From Lama glama (lineage: Eukaryota), in the NCBI GenBank assembly GCA_028534125.1, contig CM052825.1, forward strand, positions 620,001 through 684,000: a stretch of DNA of 64,000 nucleotides. Direction: 5' to 3'. Numbering within the stretch: position 1 is the first letter of the stretch; every line of letters starts with the position of its first letter. This document shows positions 48,381 through 60,734 of this stretch, piece after piece. Both the position numbers and the translations under genes were made by a program. Under the pieces are notes generated by a model, which worked only from the letters and a program-made list of their open reading frames with translations, was not told where the DNA came from and made no database searches.

Positions 48381-51300
48381 ACACGGGAGCCCTGGGCCGA
48401 GCTCCCTGGGCTGGGGGCCCCGGGTCCTGTCTCCCAGCTCTGACCCCTCTTGGCCCTGCGAGCCCCAGCTCACGGTCCCCGCGGGTGGTGCCCACAGAGC
48501 AGGGAAAACAGGGAAGAGGGGCCTCTAAGCCAAGTGAGCCGGGCTCCCAGGGGCCCTCGTGAGGGGCAGCGCCCGCGCCCCCACCAGCGTGACGACAGAA
48601 TACCACGGGCGTGGAGTAACCCCACTGAGCGCGCTCCCAAGGCCGTGAGCCCCTGACCCCGCGTGAGGGTTTCATGAAGACCTGGCTGGCTCCACGCCCA
48701 TGGAACTCCAGTCTGACTTTTCTAGGTGACAAAGGAGAAAGGACGCTCCACCGTGAGGAGCTTGGCCTCCTTCCCACACGAAGGACACGGCATGGCCCCG
48801 AGGTCACCCCGTGTGGGGCACCGGCCCCTCCCACCCGCCCCACTGTGCAGGGAACGTGGGGCCCCAGCCCGAGGACAGCACACACCACATTCTGCAGGAA
48901 TGACGTGGTTACTATCCTTACATGTCACCATGCACCCCAGACTGTCATCCCGCGCGGAGGATAGTCTGCTCAGCACCTCTGATGTCTCCCGCCCTCTGCG
49001 CCAGCGTTCACAGCTGAGAGCAGGTGCCAAGGGAGCTGGGCACACTCCTTATACGGTGCCAGGCCAGGGATCGGGGCGGGCGACACCTCAGGCCCTGGTT
49101 CCCCTCGTGTCACCAGGAACAGGAAGCCCAAGGGACAGCCATGTCTCTGTATCAGCTGCCCAGTGACCACACCAGTGACCCGGCCTCGCCCGTTGCCTCC
49201 TCTGTGGGGCCGGCTGCCCACCCAGACCACGTCCCCAGCATCTCAGGGCTGCTGAGAATCTGAGTCAGGGCGCTTTGCCAGCAGACGGGGTCCTTACCAA
49301 CAGGGCCAGGAGAGAAGAGTGAGCTAAGGCTGCCCCAGAGGGAGCCGCTGCCCCCCGCCCCCAACCCCGACTCTGGGCAACAGAGTCCTGTTCACAGAGT
49401 CAGACAGGCGGCCAGCTCATCCCAGGTGCCCCTGGCGGGCAGATGCTGGCCTGGCTCCGCGGCTGATGGCTGTGCTGGCAGTCCCCCTCCAACCCCGTGG
49501 CTCAGTGTCTGGGACGCCGTCTCCCCACTGAGGGCCCAGAGGGAGGCGGAGACACAGAGGCTTGCAGCCACCAGGCCACCACGAGAGCACGTGTTCACTA
49601 AAACAAAGGCTCACAACCTTTCAAACAGAACCTCGGCTGGAAGGGTCCTAGTGACCTCAAGACGGAACCGGACCCCACCTATCCAGCCCCTAAGTCCAGG
49701 CTCCCTGGGAGGGTTAAAAAGCCACGGCACGTGCAGAGATGGGTGAACTGGGAGCCCCCTGTGGTCCAGGCACTGACCTCACAAGAGGAAAGACCCACGA
49801 CCCCCCACTTCGGGAGTCTCCTTCCAGTGGGATGGGGGAGGGGTGGGGAACAGCACACCAGCAGCCAGTCAAACAGAACCAGCTGCCAAGACACTGAGGA
49901 CGGCACCGCGATGACTCGTCCCCGACTCAGGGACATCACCAGCCACTCTCTTCCCTGCTACTCCAGCCCCATGCAGCCCTGGGAGGCAGCAGCCTGTGAG
50001 CCCAGCCTACAAGGAGTGAGCAGTGGACAGGGGTCCGACTGCACAGCCAGCCCCACAGACAGTGCGGTGACCAGGCCGCCCCGGATGACGGAGCGTCCCA
50101 CTCGGGGATACTCCAGCCTTCCTGGCGCAGGCTCAGGGCCCCCGCGCTGTGGGAAGGGACTGCACAGGGCCCCACCATCCCCAGACGGGCATTTCCGGGA
50201 GGACGCAGCCGGGGCCCAAGCAGGGACAGAGGCCGCTCCGGGCTCCGGGCAGTACTTTTCCACGGGCCCCGTCCACCCACCCTCGGAAGACGGAGGTGTC
50301 CTCCCTCCATAAATGCCTGACACCGCCGCGTCAGAGCTTCCCACGAGAACCAGACAGTGAGTGAGGGAAGAAATATTTTGATTAGCAGAGACCAGGATGT
50401 GGGTCTTGAGGAGGAAAAGCCTCCGCTTCCCCGGGAGACTGGCCCCGGCAACGCAAGCAGGATATCAGGACACCAGCCCCCAACTCAGTCAGGAAGCCTT
50501 CCAAGCACCTGGACTCGGCCTGGAACTGGGGGCTCCAGGCCGCGGCAGAGGGGCCGCCACCCTGCAGGCCAGGCCCTGGGCACCCTGCGGCCCGAGAGCT
50601 AAGCTGGGGTGCATGCAACTCACCAGGAACCTGGGCCACCAGTTACAAACCCAACAAAAATCCAAGCATCAACGAGACAGGGAGGAAACAGACCCCAGTT
50701 CTTCATTCTTTCCTCTTTCGTCTTCTGAACTTCTTTTAATCAACATGCACTTTAATAACAAAATACAATCACGTACTTTTTAAAAAAATGATCAGAATGT
50801 AACAAAGAACATCATCGTGGATCTCAGGCGGAAATCACGAGCTGTGCCAACATTTATCATAAACCACGCTCTCAAGGGTCCTGCCAGTGGGCGACAGGCA
50901 GCGAGCAGCGAGCACTAAGGAAGCAAGCTGATGTTTCATCACAAAAGTACAAGCCACCAATGTGACAGTGAGACACACAGTTTAAAGAGGGTGGAGGAGT
51001 CCAGAGAAGGCAGGGAAGCGCCCTGAGAACGGCCAGAGAGTCACGTGTGGCTGAGGCTCCATGTGGTGCAGGCTGGGGCTGGGCCGCACACCGAGTGGGA
51101 GCTCAGAGAACTCTGAAAAACCATTTCTTCCTGGGTCTGTAAACCAAAGAGAACCGGTAAGACCAGGGTCCACGATGGAGAACGCGGGCAAGAATGGGCC
51201 TGGGGACACAGGACCAGCTGAGCGCCTGTGTGGGAGCAGGACGTGGGGCCATGGAGGCGGGCCTGCTGGCCTGGGTCCCGAGCATGCGGCCTTTGCGGGG

Positions 51301-52552
51301 GAACCAGCGCCCATGCCCAGACAGGCCGCCAGACCTGTGAGTTCTCGCCAGAGGATGCAAGGAAGGGGTAGAGGACACCCCAGGGCAGGTGGGGTCCCGG
51401 ACACCGCTGTCTGCCCACGTCCTGCACCTGCTCCCGCCACCACAGCACTGTCCCTGGAGAGGAGCTGCCATCTGGACGGCGTCCCGGGGGACCTGGCGTC
51501 CGCAACACAGGTGGTCCCGGAGAGGCACTCTGGGCTCGGGCGGGCCTGCAGCCCAGGAGCCACCGGCTGTCAGCCCCGTTCCCCGCACCATGGCCCGTCC
51601 CCTTCTGGGGACGGCGTGTGCTCCCCGGGCCTAAGCAGCACACGCGGCCCTGGGCTCGGGACAAAGGCAGGGTCTGAAACGCCGGCGCGCACAGTGAACA
51701 AGCCCCACAAGCCAACAACGAAGCACCGAGTCAGAAGTTTCCAACTTTCTTCCACAAAGACCTGAAGGAGGCCCCAACCAGGTCCCTGATTAACTGTAGA
51801 CCTTCAGAGAACTCTGATATCGGCCCTGGGACGCATGACCAACCTCGCAAGCTGGCTCCAATCACATGCCCCTCCCTCCTCGCCAGCGACTGACGAGAGC
51901 TCAGTCATCAGCGCCATGCTGGACGTGAGGCAGGGACGAGGGTCCCTCGAGGGGCTGTACACTCACCCACGACGCCCACCCCCGCCCCGTGAGGCCCGCC
52001 TACCAAATCTGACTGTGTGTTGAATCTGCCAGAATCTGTAATCTGTATCCACGAGAGCATACGTGGTTCTGACCCACTGCAGACTAGGAATTACATAGAC
52101 AGCCTGATGTGCAAGAGGAACTGGCACTCAGACCTCAGGGACAGAAACAAATGCACCTGCACACACACCCCTGGCAAATCTGTTTCGCTAGAAATGGGAG
52201 CTCGTCCAGACACGACTCCGTGAGCAGACTCCCAGACCGGGCCCCCCGTCACTGTGAGCCGGGCACCTCCACGCGCCGCTCCACCCGGCTCCTCGGTGCA
52301 GCCGGGCGACGCAGCCCCAGCCACCACCCGCGCCTCCACCCGCCCCATCAGCCCATCAGGACCCCCTCTGAACACGGCACCAACGGCAGCCTGCAGACTT
52401 GACGGCTGGAGAAGGTGCTCCGACCAAGGCTTTACTGGAAGTCCTCCTTGCCCTACCTTCACAAGGAGCGCCCACGGGTAACAGTGCAACCCCCGACACT
52501 CAGCGCGACCACCACCTCCCCCTCCCGGCGCGGAAACAAGGCGCGTCCCTAC

Positions 52553-52678
52553 CTGGGCGGGTGCTTCCCCTGCGCCCGGCGGAGCTGCCGGTGCCCCCGG
52601 CACGTCTTCTGCGGCCGCCTTCAGTTTTTTTTTCTTTCTCTCTGTCACTTCAGTAACTTTTCTCTTCTGTTTTGCCAT
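52553..52678 (-). CDS. C7orf50: C7orf50/cholesin (CHLSN) first coding exon, 42 codons; remaining exons are outside the window to the left
   Basis: Minus strand: acceptor cttactttctctgttgcAG|G ATG, peptide MAKQKRKVTEVTERKKKKLKAAAEDVPGAPAAPPGAGEAPAQ, phase-0 donor CAG|GTAGGG. The MAKQKRKV start and the synteny with GPR146/GPER1 identify the gene. Confidence 0.92.
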
Positions 52679-53779
52679 CCTGCAACAGAGAAAGTAAGCT
52701 GTAAGCACTCAGGGAATAAGAGGTCTCAGGCCACACAACAGTTTTAACTAAGGGGGGGCATTCCTGTTACAAAAGAAACACAAACGCGGGAACTACACAA
52801 CCATTTTAAAGAGTCAAATTCCCTAGTTTCATCACGCATGGACAATCAACTTGACGTTTCGGTTTATCTCCTGTCTTTTTTGAGTGTTTTATTCAAACGT
52901 AGCTGCAGTCACACGTGGATCATGCATATTATGTTTTTAACTAAACCTGAACACACACTTTAAAGACTCAGAAACACCATTTTCAGTGACAGCATTGAGA
53001 TTTTCCAAGAGTGAAAATTAGCTTGTCTTCTCCCTAATTACTAAGTATTGTGGGTTGTTTTTACTACCGCGGACTGACTCCTACCCCACCATTAAGTAGG
53101 GAAGCTGCAGCTCCGCTCGGCTGACGGGGACGGGACAGGTCTGGGGCGGCCTCCGTGGATGGTGGCGGCAGCACCGACAGGGCCCAGGGGGCCGAAGGCA
53201 CTCGGGCTGGAGAGGCACCAGGTCCTCCTCCCTCCTCTGCAGCATCTCCAACTCCGCAGGCGTCAATTCCAAACCCAGCCTCCTCTGTGGGAGTGGATGA
53301 TGGGGGAGCCAGGAGGAGGGGTGGAGGCACAGGGAGCTGGGGGCAGGATTGGGGCAGAGAGCCGTACACCTGAGGGGCACCCAAGGGGCACCCGAGGGGG
53401 AGACGTGGGAACCCACTGGGTTGCAGCCAGGCTCCTGCTGCCAGGCGGGCTGACGGAAGAGGCCTCCTCCCGCCCCCTCCACCTGCTTCCCGGTCCCTGC
53501 TGCCCCCTGCAGATGGAGCCCAGAAAGAGCATGGTGAAGTGCGGTGTTCGGGGGTGTGAACAAAATCTTTATATCTAGGTGTGGGACTCCAAGGGGCTTT
53601 CTGTTCTCCCTCAAGCTCAGTTTTATTTTGCTTTTATCAAAGTTTTATACTTGAAAAAATTCTTCATTTTTTACTACCAGTCCTTTAAAACTCTAACTAG
53701 TATCAGAATTTATTCCAACAAATTAGAATGTATTTTTATTTGTATCCTAAGCTCACCTCATTTATGTGAGCTTCATTTA

Positions 53780-53862
53780 TGTGTGTATGTGTGTGTACAC
53801 ACATTCACATCACACAGACAAGCATGTAACACGTACATCACACACACTCACACACACACACG
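53780..53862. repeat. imperfect (TG)/(CA) microsatellite
   Basis: gtgtgtatgtgtgtgtacacac...cacacactcacacacacacacg. Confidence 0.7.
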
Positions 53863-54149
53863 CGCGTGCGCAGAGCTACGCAACATGGGCATTTTAATTT
53901 TGGACACGCTGCTCAGGCTGCGCCCGCGGGGATGGAAACCAACCCGAAGGCTTCTCCCTCGACACCAGCATTCATCTGGCCTCTACCCACAGATGCTCAG
54001 AACCTAACTCACTCACTCAGCAAACACCTGTTAAGAGCCAGTTCTGTGCCAGGCCCGGCTGGTGCTGGTCACAGAGCAAACGGCAAGGCAGACAAGAGCC
54101 TTGATCTCAGAAGATCTGGAGAAACTAGACCCTCACATAAGAGACCCTC

Positions 54150-54485
54150 AGCCACAAAAGCAATGAAGTGCCGACTCCTGCTACAACCTGGATGGGCCCT
54201 GAAGCATGCTGGGAGGAAACAGCACAGACCGCACACCCCCTTTACACGAAGTGCCCAGAGCCAGCCAATTACAGAAACACTCGTGTTCACTCAGGGCCGG
54301 ACTGAGGGAAGGAGTCAGGGCTGACTGCTGACTGGCACCGGGTTTCCTTTGGGAGAAGGAAAGGGTTCTGGAATTAGGTTGTGGCGGCGGTCCAAACACC
54401 TTGTGAATAATACACTGAAAGGAAAAAAACCTCAAATCGAGTTATTTGCTGTGAATTAGAAGACACAGCGCCCCAAGCTGTCTTT
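54150..54485 (+). mobile_element. old LINE-1 (L1MB/MC-like) 3' end
   Basis: gctacaacctggatgggccctgaagcatgct...gggtttcctttggg...gttctggaattag...ttgtgaataatacactgaa. Confidence 0.65.
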
Positions 54486-54813
54486 AAAGGAAACAGGGAA
54501 CACGGCGCTTGCTGCCCGGGGGCTGCAGGCAGCGCGTCTGTGCTGGAGGCAATGCTCGGCGTGCGGACTCCCCGCATCTGGGCACCACCTGCGCCAGCTG
54601 GGCACCACCCGGCCTGGGGTCTCCTTCCTCACAGGCCTTTCTGCAAGGAAGCCAGTGACTCAGATGAACTTCCATGAGCAGCACCAGCCTGACGCTGGGG
54701 CACACCTGCTGGGAAGTCGACAGACTGCACCTAAAACTGGGGGACGAGTCACACAACCTGCACAGTGTTCAGAAACGTGGGGAACAAGTACAAACAGCGA
54801 GAAGATGTGCGCT

Positions 54814-54921
54814 GGGGAGGGGGCAGCGGCCCAAGCGGAGCGCGGGGAGGGGGCAGAGGCCCGAGAGGAGTGCAGGGAGGGGGCAGCGGCCCGAGCGGAG
54901 CGTGGGGATGGGGCAGCGGCC
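54814..54921. repeat. 30-bp G-rich minisatellite x3.6 (ggggagggggcagcggcccgagcggagcgc)
   Basis: Direct tandem copies visible. Confidence 0.9.
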
Positions 54922-56464
54922 TGCTGTTTCACACCGAGTTCCGGCAGCACTGTGTTTTCAGCTGTATGCACATGTTACTAAGCTAATCTGACAAATGAAG
55001 AAAAAAAGAACATTTTTCAACCTCAAAGATTGTTTAAAATTCTATTTTCCAGGTTAGCCAGAGAGTGATGAAAAGGCCATCATCGTGCCCTGCTGATGGG
55101 GGTACGTGGGTCCGGCCTTCCCGAAGGCCACTCGGTAACACTGATCAAGGGCTCTGGCCGCTCAGTCCACACCGAGGAATTCACCCTGATGAAATAATCT
55201 CAGACAGAAATTCACATAAGGACGATAACACCTCTATTGCTAAGAAGCCAAAAACAGCGCCGCTGTCCCAGCAGATGGGGAAAAGGGGCGCCTCCCTTCC
55301 GCAGAGGAGAACGCCTGCACCACCGCGCCCGGGACCAAAGAGACGTCCAGTCCAGCGCTGCTCCCGATACGACGTAAAGTGAAAAGGTGGGCTATGCCCC
55401 GTGTGACAACACAACCCTTGTTCTGTAATAAAAAGCCAATGCACAGACACACAAAGCAAAAACGAGAAGGTGACACAGGAAGGTAGGGACATTTTAAGGG
55501 GGTAGAATTAAGGATTTTTTATCCTTTATACTTTACAGTAATTTCTACAATAAAAGGAAAAACCTTCAAGATATCAGCTCAGAAGTGTTCAGTGACACCA
55601 ACAAACAGCCCCGGCAGCCGAGCAGGTGATGCCCCAGGGCGGACAGCAGAGGAAGCCAGCGGCCAGGCAGGCCACGGCCACTGAGGGCAAGTCAGCACCG
55701 ACAGGCTGGGAACAAGCTCCAGGGACCTGAGAGAAGTCAGGCAGCCTTTAGGGGAAAAAACTTCTTTAAAATCTGGAAACGCCACCCGCAGGCCCTGATG
55801 TCCCCTCTCATCGGCGGGCCCCCTGAAGGGTCTGCGCCCTCCCCAGCCACAGTCCTCCAGGAGCCGGCCTGGAAGTCAGGCCCGGAAGCCCAGCTCCTGC
55901 GCCCTGGACGGCGGCTGTGCTCCTGCCCACTCAACCCAGGACCAGCCCAAGTCCTCGCCTACCCAGTCAGTAGCCTGGCCTCTGGCACCCGCTACCTGAC
56001 CCTACTCCCTGCCTCCCGTGGGCAAACTCCAAGCCCTGGGACCCCAGGCATCCCACCCAACAAGCCCGCCTCCCACCTTTCCAGCTCAACCCCACTGGGT
56101 GCCCTCACCTTCACCAGGACCTGCAATCCACAGATCCACACAGCTCAGTGCCCTCACCCCTCCTCCCACCCACGTTCCCACTCCACAGCGTAATCCATCA
56201 GTGTAATCAGTACAACCTCACTTCTACACACTCTCAGCTTCCTTCCTGCACAATCCCAACTCCAGGACCTGCTCCTGCCTGACCAGAAAGCCCTCGAGAC
56301 CAGGCTGGCTGGTCTTACTTCAAAGCCCCCAGCTGCAAGGGGTCTCCAGCACTGCCCAGCGACGCCCCACTTCCCGGCTCCAGCCACCCACCCAGATGAC
56401 CAGTTCACTTCTCTCACTTCTTTGATATTTTTGTTAGTGAATCAACTATACTTCAATTAAAAAA

Positions 56465-56812
56465 ACAACGCTGTGTTAGTTTCTGGTGTACAACAGAGTG
56501 ATACAGTTACACACATTTTTTCATATGGTTTCTCACTAAGGTTTGTTACAAGACATTGAATACAGTTCCCTGTACTATACAGTAAGGCCTCATTTACTTT
56601 ATATACAGTAGTTTGCATCTGTTAATCCCAAACTCCTAAATTTTTTCCACCCTTCCCCTTTCCCCTTTGGTAACCGTAAGGTGGTTCTCTATGTCTGTGA
56701 GTCTGTCTCTGTTTTGTGGTTAAGTTCATTTGTATATTTTAGCCTCCACATAAGTGATATTTGTCCCTCTGTCTGACTTCACTTGGTGGGACCATCTCTA
56801 AGTCCACCCATT
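56465..56812 (-). mobile_element. LINE-1 3' UTR fragment (antisense)
   Basis: tgtgttagtttctggtgtacaac...cagttccctgtactatacagta...ccctttggtaacc...ctgacttcactt. Closely similar to the element at 62.1-62.9 kb. Confidence 0.8.
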
Positions 56813-58349
56813 CTCTCACCTCTCAATCTCTCAAACCCCCAACACACCCGCCCCCTCTGTTCTCGGCAAAGGACCATCATTCCTGAGCACTGAGCGTCCA
56901 CGAGCTCCCACGTGGACCCTCCCGTCCTTCCCTCCTGCTACGAAGGAAGACCCTTTCTTTCCCTTGCTCTGACTCCCAGGGCTTCACTCTAAGCACGCTC
57001 CCCGCCCCTCCCCCGGCATCAACTGTCCTTCCTGCCACAGAATCCACGAGCACCCACACGGAGAAGCCCTGACTCCACACGCTCTGCTCCCCATTTCTGG
57101 TGCCTTCTGAGGCAAAACTTGAGAGCTGCCCACGCGCACCGCCTCTAACTCCTTTCTGGCCGCTCTCCCATGCTCCCCTCCAGCAGGCTTCCACCTGACT
57201 CCACGAGAACTGCTGTCATCAGCCTTCCCAGCGACACCTCTGTGCTCATGAGAGATCCTCTCCCAGCTGAACTCCAGCCGGGCTCCTCCAAGCCTTCTCT
57301 CCACGAGGCCTCAACCTGGGCCCATCAAGACTGAAACAAAACCGTATCTAACAGCTCAAGGCCGCATCTTTATGATGAACTTAGCTCCCCTAGAAAGTGC
57401 CTGTCTGAGAACATTCAAGGCTGCGTGAAGACAGGGCCCTGCCCCGCAGCCTCTGTGACGGCTGGTAACTTTCCCAAGCACCCACCTTCACCAGCCTCTC
57501 TTCTTGCAGACTCCTCTAATCTCTTTCCTGACTCTGCTGAGGGCCTGGCCCTCCCTGTTCCCTCGCTCTCCCTTTAAAACTCCGTTGTCATCTCCTCCGC
57601 GCAAGCCCAAGGTGAGCTAATTCATGCTGACGTCTCCCTCCCTGTCGACTAAAATCCAGCCTTTCCATTTACACCAAGTATGGTCTGGCTTTGCTGATCT
57701 TTGACTAAACCTGGTGGCGGACTCAGTACTCACTCACTGTGCAGGAGAGCAGCCTCCGACAACTCGCCTCCCCTCTCCACAGCTCTGCCCTCAGCTGCCC
57801 AGACAGACCCACGCTCCTGCTTTTCTCCAACCGCTCCACCTCCCTGACCCCTTTACACCGAAGGGCCCCAGGCCTGGCGCCTGCTTCCTCTCTAGCGACT
57901 GTCACTCCCCTGTGATCTCATCTAGTCATGCGGCTTTAAATACCAGCCACACGCATGGCTTCCAGATTCCTCACTGAACATCGCCAACTCAGGTGTGGAT
58001 CACCTGCACACGCACCATCTCAAAGGTAACATATCCGACCCACCCACACTCCCCACCATCTCACCTTCCTGCACGGTTGTCCCCCCAAACTGGTCGTGTG
58101 GTGAAATCCAGGTTTCAGCTAGAGCTAAACACGTGGTGTCACCCACAACTCCTCTTTCTCACACGCCCGCCCGACCCACAGTGGCCGCTGTTGGCCTCAT
58201 CTCCCTCGTCGCACTCCGAGGGGGGCTACTTTCAGCGCCTCTACCACGAGGCACCCCGGTCCAGGCGCCTCTCACCTGGATTACCCAGAAGCCTCCAGCC
58301 GGCCCCTCGCCTGCGCCCTGGCCCCCTACCCCTCCAGTCCACTTCCGAC

Positions 58350-59400
58350 ACAGCATGTGCGGACCACCCGTCAGGTCAGGTCCCACCTCGGCTGGGCCGC
58401 GACCCGGGGCTCCCCTCGCCGAGGCCTGCGGGCCCCGCCCTCCTCTGTCCGGCGCCCGGTTCGGCTTCACGTCCCGCCGCGGGGGCTCACCGCCGTCTCG
58501 CCCACTCCCGCGGCTCCCGCTCCGAAGCCGAGCTCCCTGGCTCCGGGCTGTTTCTGCCGGGGCCGCGCGGACACGTGGGAGGAACCCAGGAGGCGGCGGA
58601 GCCCAGAGGCCCGCCGCGGCCCCCCGCTGCCCGCAGGCGGCGGGCCAGAGGACTGCGAGGCCCTCCGCGCGCCCCCGGCCGCCCCGCAGGCCGCGCACCC
58701 CCGCGGTCCCGCCGCCGGCCCGCCTCTCTCGCCCACCTGCGCGTGGCCGCCGACGCCGGCTTCCGGCAGACGCGGCGCCCAGGTAACGCGGCCCTGCCCT
58801 CCGGAGCGACACCGCCCATTGGCCGAGGCCCGCCTTCGTCTCCCCACCGACCAATGGCAAGCAGCGGCCCCGGGGGGCGGAGTCAGGCCGGGCGCGGGCC
58901 GGTGGCGTCATCCCTGGGCGCGGCTGGCCGCCGGGAGCCGCCGGTTGCCAGGCAACTTCCCGGGTGCGAGCGGACGGCCGGGATTCGCGCGCCAGGTTCG
59001 CCCGAGTCTGAGCGACCGAGCCGTCGGGGTCCACGCCGACTGGCCTCAAACACGGTAACTTCATGTAAATGACAAGTGCCGTCACTGAGCAAGTGGATGC
59101 GCTGTTGCAGGTCGCCGGCATCGCACACGAGCGCGCGGGTTGTCCCTGCAGCGGAGCTGTGTCTGCACGGAACCGTACGCCCGGGGGTCACCTCGGGGCA
59201 CGCGGGCTCCACGGACCGAGGGGGTCTGAAGTCGAGGCGACGCCACACCGGTGAAACCAGCCACCAGCTGTACCATCGTTCGGTTCTCAGGAACGTTTGC
59301 AGCCCAGAGCCGAGGACGCGAGGACGGGAGGGAGCCTGTGCGGGCACCTTCACGCTGGGGCGAGCGAGCTGGAGCAGCCAGACGGGGCTGTGCCATGGAA
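58350..59400. promoter_or_regulatory. CpG island, promoter of C7orf50
   Basis: Very high GC and CpG density. ETS motif CCGGAAG (minus, 58760-66), CCAAT boxes (58818-22, 58851-55), GC box (58875-80), CRE-like TGACGCCA (minus, 58903-10), X-box (58944-56). Confidence 0.9.
58737..58780 (-). other. C7orf50: C7orf50 non-coding exon 1 (5' end approximate)
   Basis: Minus-strand donor CAG|GTGGGC at 58737/58736, just downstream of the ETS/CCAAT core promoter. Confidence 0.65.
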
Positions 59401-59436
59401 GGGAGGGCCTCGGGACGGGGGAGAGCAGCCAGCCGC

Positions 59437-59496
59437 GATCCCCTCGTTCCACCCTCGATCCCCTCGTTCCACCCTCGATCCCCTCGTTCCACCCTC
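59437..59496. repeat. perfect 20-bp tandem repeat x3 (gatcccctcgttccaccctc)
   Basis: Three identical copies. Confidence 0.95.
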
Positions 59497-60469
59497 TACC
59501 GCAGCTTCCTCGTTTCGCAGCGTGTGCTGCTGCAGTTTGCACATGCCCGAGCGCCTCTGTGAGGCACATACGGTAGCTTCTGGGCCGCAGGTGGAAGCAC
59601 GTCCAGTCTCACTGACTCCAGGAAACACCATTACGACTTCAAACTGCTCCTACTGCCTTCGCGACCCGCCGGGAGAAAAAAAGAGGTTCTCATCCATACA
59701 TAAGGTCAAATCTATAAAATTTAATAATAAATATATTTACCATGTATTGTTTACTTTGGGCTTCATTTTTTAGCTCTAGTAGGGAGAGGTGATTCAAATC
59801 AGCCTCCCATTGAGAGCAGCTTTAAAAACGGTCAAAATATATGTAACAAATACCTATAGAGCAAAAAATGTACCAAGTTATGTTTTATGACATCAGAGTG
59901 CTAATTTGACGTGAAATGTAATGGGACCAAAAAATGGGTGGGGGTGGGAAGGAAACCCAGAGAAGTCCTGGTCTTATAGTTAGGGCGTTTTCACTCAGGG
60001 GCAGTCAATTCTGGAAGAAACAGCTGAAAATCTGAGAGCTAAACAAAGGTTTTGTTAGCTTTATGGGCTGCCAAGGAGACGCATTCTTGTGGGTGTCCCA
60101 TTTAGGGTTGAAACCATGAGAGGCTCCGTTGCAGGAGTGAAGATGAACAGGGCAGCCCTCACAAGGACCTCATAAAACCCATGCTGAATTCACCTCAGCT
60201 CTGCAACTGCACTGCAGGGACTCAGGATTTGTTGCTGGTGCCACCAGCACGCTGAAAGCAGGGAAGGTTCAGTCCTTCCAGAAGACCGGAATACCCTACG
60301 CTCCAGATTATATTTGCTCATATATTACGTCCAGTGCTCAAGAGAAAACAGCTCTGTCCACAAGGGACAACACAATGTGGTAGAAAGCCGAGAGAAACAA
60401 CGGACCACTGCCAGAGTAACTGCACGCGCACCCAGCGCAACTTCACGGGTCGGACAGCAGATGGTTCCA

Positions 60470-60660
60470 GGTGTTTCAGAACCAGGTTCACTTTGCCGGA
60501 AGCACAGCAAGCAGAAATGCTGAGACCCTGAGGTTTGCAGCAAACAGAGCGTTTATTCACAAAGCAGCCAAGCAGGGGGCCAAGAGAACGAGCCTCAGCT
60601 TCGCCTCCCAGAAAGCAAGGGGCTTCCAAGTTACCCCCAAAATGGGTGGTGGTTGTATTA
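60470..60660 (-). mobile_element. probable ERV LTR fragment
   Basis: gaggtttgcagcaaacagagcgtttattcacaaagcagccaag: minus-strand AATAAA in an LTR-like context. Family not determined. Confidence 0.4.
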
Positions 60661-60734
60661 AATAAGATCTATGCTGCCTCCCACCCCGAAGGAGCCAAGC
60701 AAGGAGAGCGGGGCTGTTTCTTCGTGGCAGATGG

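Noticed and set aside
52091-52552. Continuation of the C7orf50 ORF past codon 42
   Set aside because: Reads through the GT donor into intron; composition not protein-like.
57993-59121. Long ORFs on both strands (233-359 aa)
   Set aside because: Stop-codon depletion in the CpG island; no recognisable domain.
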